A DNA stretch of 64,000 nt from Halothece sp. (GTDB lineage: Bacteria; Cyanobacteriota; Cyanobacteriia; Cyanobacteriales; Rubidibacteraceae), in assembly GCA_042218725.1 (NCBI GenBank), contig JBDGQV010000061.1:1602-65601 (forward strand). The letters run 5' to 3'. Made by a program: the position numbers and the translations under genes. This document shows positions 59,088-64,000 of this stretch, piece after piece (positions within the stretch are counted from its first letter, which is position 1; every line of letters begins with the position of its first letter). The notes under the pieces were generated by a model. That model was given only the letters and a program-made list of their open reading frames with translations, made no database searches and was not told the DNA's origin.

Positions 59088-60401
59088 ATGTTTCAAACCA
59101 CACGCCGACGATTAGCATTATGGTATGCCACGGTTACGGCAATTTTATTGCTGTTATTTGCCACAGGGGTTTATTTTTATGTGCGAAGTACTCTCATTGA
59201 ACGCATTGACGATACGCTAAAGCATGTTGTGGAAGTGGTGGAACGATCGCTGATTGTTCAACCGATTGCAACGCAAGATAATGGGTATCGCCTGAACATT
59301 GAAGCTAGCTTTCGCAACGACACCGGAACAGTGGAAGATGACCATATTGATTTAGAATGGTTTAATCCGCAAGGCGAATTAGTGTGGTCAACCTTTTCCG
59401 AACCTTTAGATCATCCCCTGCACAAAAATCGTCCAGTGGAAACTGTACCTCTTTCTTCGGGATATTTGCTTCGCCAAGTAACCGAACCCATTACCCTGGG
59501 AAAACAAACCTTGGGATATCTCCGGGTCAGTCATCCTTGGTTTGAAGTGACAAAACCGATTCGTCAGTTGCTGTTAGATCTCGTCATTGGCATTAGTGTC
59601 ATGGTGGTATCAGTGGCTGGGATTAGTTGGTGGCTGTCGGGGATTGCTATACAACCGGTGAAGGAATCTTATCAAAGTCTCAAGCAATTTACCGCTGATG
59701 CCTCTCATGAATTGCGCAATCCTATTGCCATGATTCAAACCAATGTGCAAATGGCATTGGCTTACCCTGATGGGGAATTGCAACAGCAACAGCTACAAGT
59801 GATTGAACGGTTGACCCAGCGCTTGGGAAGATTAGTGAATGACCTCTTGTTCCTCGCGCGATCTGATAGCGGGATGATTGAAACAAAACAGCAGTCTGTT
59901 CCCTTGGATGCGTTGTTAATGGAAGTGATTGAGGAACAGAACGCGATCGCGCAGCAAAAAGGCATTAAACTCTCTTTAGACTTTGCTGAATCAGACAGCG
60001 ATCAAACCTTTACTCTTACGGGAGACTGGCATCAGTTAGCGCGACTGTTTACCAATTTAATTAGCAACGCGATCGAACATTCCCTCTCAGATGAAACCGG
60101 CACTTCCCCCACAGTCACTGTTCAACTGCAACCGATCAAACGCAATCATCATCAGTATCTGCAAGTGCAAGTAACCGATACTGGAAAAGGGATTTCCGAA
60201 GCCGAATTGCCCCATCTGTTTGATCGCTTTTATCGGGTGTCTCCTTATCGGAAGGATAGCGAAACCAAGGGGGCAACGGGGGCAGGCTTAGGACTCGCGA
60301 TCGCGCAAGCCATTGTTGATAATCATCAGGGATCAATTAAGGTGGATAGTACTCCTGGACAAGGAACAACGTTTACAGTGATGCTTCCTGTGAGCGATTG
60401 A
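59088..60401 (+). CDS. Two-component sensor histidine kinase (ManS/Hik27-like), orphan
   Basis: Two TMs, FTADASHELRNP H-box, NLISNA N-box, DTGKGI, LFDRFYR, GAGLGLAI. The ManS assignment rests on remembered N-terminal similarity only. Confidence 0.85.
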   Translation: MFQTTRRRLALWYATVTAILLLLFATGVYFYVRSTLIERIDDTLKHVVEVVERSLIVQPIATQDNGYRLNIEASFRNDTGTVEDDHIDLEWFNPQGELVWSTFSEPLDHPLHKNRPVETVPLSSGYLLRQVTEPITLGKQTLGYLRVSHPWFEVTKPIRQLLLDLVIGISVMVVSVAGISWWLSGIAIQPVKESYQSLKQFTADASHELRNPIAMIQTNVQMALAYPDGELQQQQLQVIERLTQRLGRLVNDLLFLARSDSGMIETKQQSVPLDALLMEVIEEQNAIAQQKGIKLSLDFAESDSDQTFTLTGDWHQLARLFTNLISNAIEHSLSDETGTSPTVTVQLQPIKRNHHQYLQVQVTDTGKGISEAELPHLFDRFYRVSPYRKDSETKGATGAGLGLAIAQAIVDNHQGSIKVDSTPGQGTTFTVMLPVSD

Positions 60402-60408
60402 TGAATTG

Positions 60409-60435
60409 AACCACAAAGACACAAAGAACACAGAG
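60409..60435 (+). repeat. 27-bp CACAGAG-family repeat, solo copy D
   Basis: AACCACAAAGACACAAAGAACACAGAG. Confidence 0.9.
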
Positions 60436-60450
60436 AAGGAATGTTGCGAT

Positions 60451-61494
60451 TTAAGTTAAAGCGGAAAATAGATTTTCCCCAGAAAACCGAATGAGATCAT
60501 TACAGGGTAATCCGGTTTCTTCTGAGACGTTTTCGATTTCTCGCTTAGCACTCTCTTCATCGAGATGAAACGTATTTAAAGCGATTCCGGCAACCTTAAT
60601 TTCACCAAATGCGCCGACACCACTGGCCAGCATTTCATACAATTTGACAGCTTCTGCTAACGGGGGAATTTTAATTTCTGGAAAGTTTCGAATTTCAGTT
60701 TGTCCGGCCCGATGGACTAAAATTAAATCAGTGGGTTGACTGCCTCGCAAGAGAGGCAATACTGCGGTTGAACCGGGATGGAACAGCGAGCCTTGTCCTT
60801 CCACAAATAAAAAATCATAATGATCTCCTGCCTCTAATACCATTTTTTCCACGGCACCGGCGGCAAAATCGACGCGTATGGCATCTAAAGGAATGCCTGC
60901 CCCGCTAATCATCATTCCCCCTTGCCCAGTAGCCAGAAATTTAGCGCGATATCCCTGTTGGTTTGCTCTTTTGACGAGTTCCAAACTGGTGGACATTTTG
61001 CCAATGGAAAAGTCTGTTCCCACGGTGAGCACTCTTTTGCAGGATAAAAAGCGCGCTTTTCCGCCACTAATGCCCAACTCGGTCGGTTCTTCTCTCACAT
61101 CCCACAACCGTTGCCCGGCTTGTAAGGGAATCTCTTCATTGCCAAACAGGGAACGAATGGGGGTATGTAATCCATTGACTACGGATAATCCTGCTTTGAC
61201 CGCTTGTTTGACTTCTTGTTCCCAAGCCGGAGGCAACTTTCCCCCAGACGGGGCAATGCCAATTAACAACACATCAGGCTGATATCCTAAAGCTGTGGCA
61301 AGATCTGCCACAATGGGAACATCGCGATGAATTCCTCGGAGACTGGCTAATGATTCGCCTGCACACTGCTTGTCAATCACAGTAACCACTGTTGCTTCAC
61401 TGTAGCGCAAAAAGGTTAATCCGGTTTTGCCATGATCCCCGCGAATGCCTTCATGAAGTAAAATTGCCACCCGATGTTGTGCCGTTAACTGCAT
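60451..61494 (-). CDS. DUF1611 domain protein (DgcN-like P-loop N-acetyltransferase)
   Basis: KTG..FLRYS, LLIGIAP.GG, GL.VVNGLH, TVGTDFSIGKMST, ATGQGG, DFAAGAVE, VEGQGSL.HP. Confidence 0.88.
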   Translation of the reverse strand: MQLTAQHRVAILLHEGIRGDHGKTGLTFLRYSEATVVTVIDKQCAGESLASLRGIHRDVPIVADLATALGYQPDVLLIGIAPSGGKLPPAWEQEVKQAVKAGLSVVNGLHTPIRSLFGNEEIPLQAGQRLWDVREEPTELGISGGKARFLSCKRVLTVGTDFSIGKMSTSLELVKRANQQGYRAKFLATGQGGMMISGAGIPLDAIRVDFAAGAVEKMVLEAGDHYDFLFVEGQGSLFHPGSTAVLPLLRGSQPTDLILVHRAGQTEIRNFPEIKIPPLAEAVKLYEMLASGVGAFGEIKVAGIALNTFHLDEESAKREIENVSEETGLPCNDLIRFSGENLFSALT

Positions 61495-62536
61495 GATACG
61501 TGATTCCTAGTCCTGGTGAAGAGTTGGGTTGTAAATATCCATTATTTAACACAGCACCGCGAAATGGATCATCGATTAAGTTGAGATGGCTATCAAGATC
61601 AAGATAATCCGCTAATGGCGATAAATGGGCCATTGCAGTATTGGCAAGGGTGCTATCGGAGTAACAACCATACATTACTTGTAACCCACAAGCTTGAGCC
61701 GTGTAAACCATGCGTAATACTTCTGTCAGGCTTCCTGCTTTCATCAATTTGATATTAATGCCATCAATGTCTAAGCTGGCAAGTCGCGGAATGTCTTGGC
61801 TGGTAAAACAACTTTCATCGGCGAAAATGGGTAGGGGCGAATTTTTCGCGAGAGTGGGAAGTTTCTCGTCTTCGGCGACGGCAAGGGGTTGTTCGATATA
61901 AGCCACGTTATAGTTGGCTAGCCAATGACTCATGGTGATGGCATCTTCTACTGTCCATCCGCCATTGGCATCAATTGTAAATTGGGCATGGGGGGCATTG
62001 TCGTGAAGGGCTTGGAATAAGCTTTGATCCGCTTCTAGTCCTTGGGAGCTCCCTAATTTCACTTTAATTCGTTTGCCGCCGGTAATGGTTTGCCAGTTTT
62101 CTAATCGCTTTTTGCCATCTTCTGGGGAACTAATGCCGATGGTGACAGAAATGGGAACAATTTCACTGAGATCTAAGCCCAAAATTTCCCAAACAGGAAG
62201 TCCAGCCTGTTTGCCCAACCAGTCGTAACAAGCAACATCAATGGCAGCCCGCAACGCAGAAGAAACTTGTGCTGTTTTTAAATCGTCTTGAATGCGCGAT
62301 CGCGCTAAAGGCGTAAAGTTCCTTAACTCTGGTGCAATTTTGTTGAACTGTTGTTGTAATCCCTCGGTTTGATCTCCGACACCGCCGCCAATGGAAAAGG
62401 GAACGGCTTCTCCCCAGCCTTCTATGCCTTGGTGTTGAATTTTGATCCAGAGATTTGTCGTTTGACTGGTGGTTCCCCGAGAAATCGTCAAGGGAAAACG
62501 TTTTGAGGCTATAAAACGTATCACATTAAGTTCCAT
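61451..62536 (-). CDS. Enolase-superfamily dipeptide epimerase / DgcA-like racemase
   Basis: GWGEA, AAID.ACYD, KVK, DANGGW, EQP, ADES, NIKLMK, DLDSHL; overlaps the DUF1611 gene by 44 nt. Confidence 0.9.
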   Translation of the reverse strand: MELNVIRFIASKRFPLTISRGTTSQTTNLWIKIQHQGIEGWGEAVPFSIGGGVGDQTEGLQQQFNKIAPELRNFTPLARSRIQDDLKTAQVSSALRAAIDVACYDWLGKQAGLPVWEILGLDLSEIVPISVTIGISSPEDGKKRLENWQTITGGKRIKVKLGSSQGLEADQSLFQALHDNAPHAQFTIDANGGWTVEDAITMSHWLANYNVAYIEQPLAVAEDEKLPTLAKNSPLPIFADESCFTSQDIPRLASLDIDGINIKLMKAGSLTEVLRMVYTAQACGLQVMYGCYSDSTLANTAMAHLSPLADYLDLDSHLNLIDDPFRGAVLNNGYLQPNSSPGLGITYHAVNGTTSGGNFTS

Positions 62537-62626
62537 AAGTAAATCTTTCTCGCCATCTATTTACATTATTTAATGAAGATTGTTATAGTTTTGTTAAGTT
62601 CACATGAAAGATTAAGGATTAAGCGA

Positions 62627-62833
62627 ATGACTACAGGAAAAGGTTCTATCGTTGATGATCAGGGTAAAATGAATAACTTTGCCGTAGAACCTCAGGTTTA
62701 CGTGCAACAAGAATCTCGCGCCGGTTTTACGCCCTACGCCGAACGCCTCAACGGCCGCCTAGCGATGATTGGCTTTGTCTCTTTACTGGCTTTAGAACTG
62801 CTAACCGGGCACGGATTATTCAATCAATTTTAA
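62627..62833 (+). CDS. hli: High-light-inducible protein (Hli/Scp, CAB-like)
   Basis: NNFAVEPQVY...AGFTPYAERLNGRLAMIGF (ExxNGRxAMxG chlorophyll-binding motif); ATG at 62627. Confidence 0.95.
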   Translation: MTTGKGSIVDDQGKMNNFAVEPQVYVQQESRAGFTPYAERLNGRLAMIGFVSLLALELLTGHGLFNQF

Positions 62834-62868
62834 TCAATTCTAAAAACTATCTTTAACTAATAACCAAT

Positions 62869-62907
62869 AACAAGTCAGGAGAAACTCTTGGCTTGTTTTT
62901 TGTTTTT
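62869..62907 (+). terminator. Intrinsic terminator after hli
   Basis: AACAAGTCAGGAG-AAA-CTCTTGGCTTGTT stem followed by TTTTGTTTTT. Confidence 0.75.
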
Positions 62908-63015
62908 GACGGAAATTGATTTTAAATTCACGATAACTTCAGATTTAGAAGGCATGATAATTAAATAAAGGTCAAAAAGTCAGTCTAATCGTCATCCTTG
63001 AGGAGAGAAAAAGCC

Positions 63016-63162
63016 ATGGTTGTTTTACAAAAGATACTAGGCCCAATTTTAGCTTTTACTCATGGTAAACAATTAGACTTTTTAGAAGAGTTAACGTTAC
63101 TGATTATTCAGTTTGTTTTACTGAGTTTCAGTGTTGCTGTTTTTATACAAATTACCTTTTGA
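63016..63162 (+). CDS. Putative 48-aa small membrane protein (absent from the ORF track)
   Basis: MVVLQKILGPILAFTHGKQLDFLEELTLLIIQFVLLSFSVAVFIQITF; RBS GAGGAG about 10 nt upstream; C-terminal hydrophobic helix. Confidence 0.5.
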   Translation: MVVLQKILGPILAFTHGKQLDFLEELTLLIIQFVLLSFSVAVFIQITF

Positions 63163-63302
63163 TCGTGAATTGAAAATTTAGCAGAACGTTTGACTTGCGT
63201 TCTGCCCTCATCAATATGCCCAATTAATAAGACTCTTTAGAAGCAACTATACAAGTGGGGAATATCCTGATCAAGTCCAATCATTCTCGCTAAAGACTAA
63301 AA

Positions 63303-63860
63303 CTAATTTAATTTATAAATAACAGCACCATCATCAGCGCGATTATCAATAACGAGTAAGTTTTTCTTCATTAAGTCTTCAATTCGTTGTTCGACTTTTT
63401 CAAATTCTTCGTCAACTTCTAGAAAAATTTCCGCCATAGTTGCACCTTGATTTTCTTTACAAATTTTTAGAATTTTGCGATCGATATCTTTTTGTTTTTT
63501 CGGTTTTTGAGACGTTGACTCGGTGTTTTTTTGTGGCGGTTGACCCTGGGGCAAATTAACAACAATACTTTCCGGTGTCTGGTAAAAACTGCCTTGGTTC
63601 GGTTGATAACCGTAGAGGGCTTTAATTTTTAAGTTTTCCTCATCAATCATATTAGGAATTAGTAACAGATCAATCAACTGACCTAATCCAAAGAAACCAA
63701 ATGTTATTAAATATAAAACGCCTGAAAAATAGCGTCTTGCATAAAAGCGGTGAATACCAAACACTGAAAACACACAAAACAACCATAAGGCATAAGCAGT
63801 TGCCTTACTTCTTTGGTGTACGATTGGATTGGACATGCTTGATAACTCCCCAGGTTTCAA
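63303..63860 (-). CDS. TM2/NINE-domain protein with C-terminal winged-helix-like domain
   Basis: AYALWLF..F.VFGIHRFY......GVLYLITFGFFGLGQLIDL.LIP; the C-terminus ILKIC..NQGATMAEI...KNLL resembles a wHTH. Confidence 0.85.
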   Translation of the reverse strand: MKPGELSSMSNPIVHQRSKATAYALWLFCVFSVFGIHRFYARRYFSGVLYLITFGFFGLGQLIDLLLIPNMIDEENLKIKALYGYQPNQGSFYQTPESIVVNLPQGQPPQKNTESTSQKPKKQKDIDRKILKICKENQGATMAEIFLEVDEEFEKVEQRIEDLMKKNLLVIDNRADDGAVIYKLN

Positions 63861-64000
63861 GTTGTTTTCATATGTCGCAAGTTACGAGGGATTCAACTTG
63901 CCATCTCAACAAAGATTGAGTTATATCTGAAGAACTTTAGTTAGGTTATTCTCCTCTCCTCGATTTTAGCGTAAAGCTACTGTAAGCAGCGCGATCGCGC

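Larger units (their letters stand above)
375..63998. repeat. HIP1 (GCGATCGC) dispersed octamer, more than 40 copies by manual scan, often extended to GCGCGATCGCGC
   Basis: Examples at 375-382, 633-640 and 63991-63998, with many in between in both coding and intergenic DNA; a hallmark of many cyanobacterial genomes. Confidence 0.95.

Noticed and set aside
19927-60435. CACAGAG repeats as a CRISPR array
   Set aside because: The copies are dispersed or inverted rather than regularly spaced, there are no spacers and there are no cas genes.
62560-62600. HLR1 site upstream of hli
   Set aside because: Only one good half-site (TTTACATT) is present; the partner half is poor or spaced at 11 rather than 10 bp. 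Plausible biologically but not supportable from sequence.
141-63919. The many short ORFs in the track that overlap long genes (e.g. 1714-2103, 22476-22817, 29983-30345, 38752-39093, 48855-49337, 57703-58035)
   Set aside because: They are antisense or alternate-frame shadows of well-supported genes, with no recognisable motifs or RBS.

Overview
This is a 64 kb core-chromosome window from a cyanobacterium. It has more than 40 HIP1 octamers (GCGATCGC) by manual scan, plus chlD, psbQ, glsF, ndhQ and an hli gene. The Na+/H+ antiporter closely resembles ApNhaP, and several large proteins are very acidic, so a halotolerant Halothece/Euhalothece-like organism is plausible (inference). Most genes are housekeeping: tamB, argC, cydAB, recJ, htrA, ndk, infB, speA, an ABC-F gene, glsF, tRNA-Leu(CAG) and ribBA. 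No CRISPR array, rRNA or intact transposase was seen. The most interesting structures are not in the ORF track. (1) A GxxExxY PD-(D/E)XK nuclease gene is bracketed by inward-facing 27-bp inverted repeats, and two identical solo copies of the repeat sit at convergent gene junctions 27 and 40 kb away, suggesting a nuclease/repeat mobile or REP-like system. (2) A ~180-bp non-autonomous IS200/IS605 derivative has a textbook right end and abuts an internally deleted flavoprotein-oxidoreductase pseudogene. (3) A full-length hemerythrin pseudogene with six in-frame stops lies upstream of an intact hemerythrin that has an HLR1-like site. (4) An 11-bp-phased Pho-box-like array precedes a nested phytase-like/GDPD/beta-propeller fusion gene. 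(5) Two small proteins were missed by the track: NdhQ and a 48-aa membrane peptide. (6) A DUF1611 plus epimerase pair resembles the DgcN/DgcA D-glutamate pathway. All calls come from reading the sequence by eye; no database searches were run.
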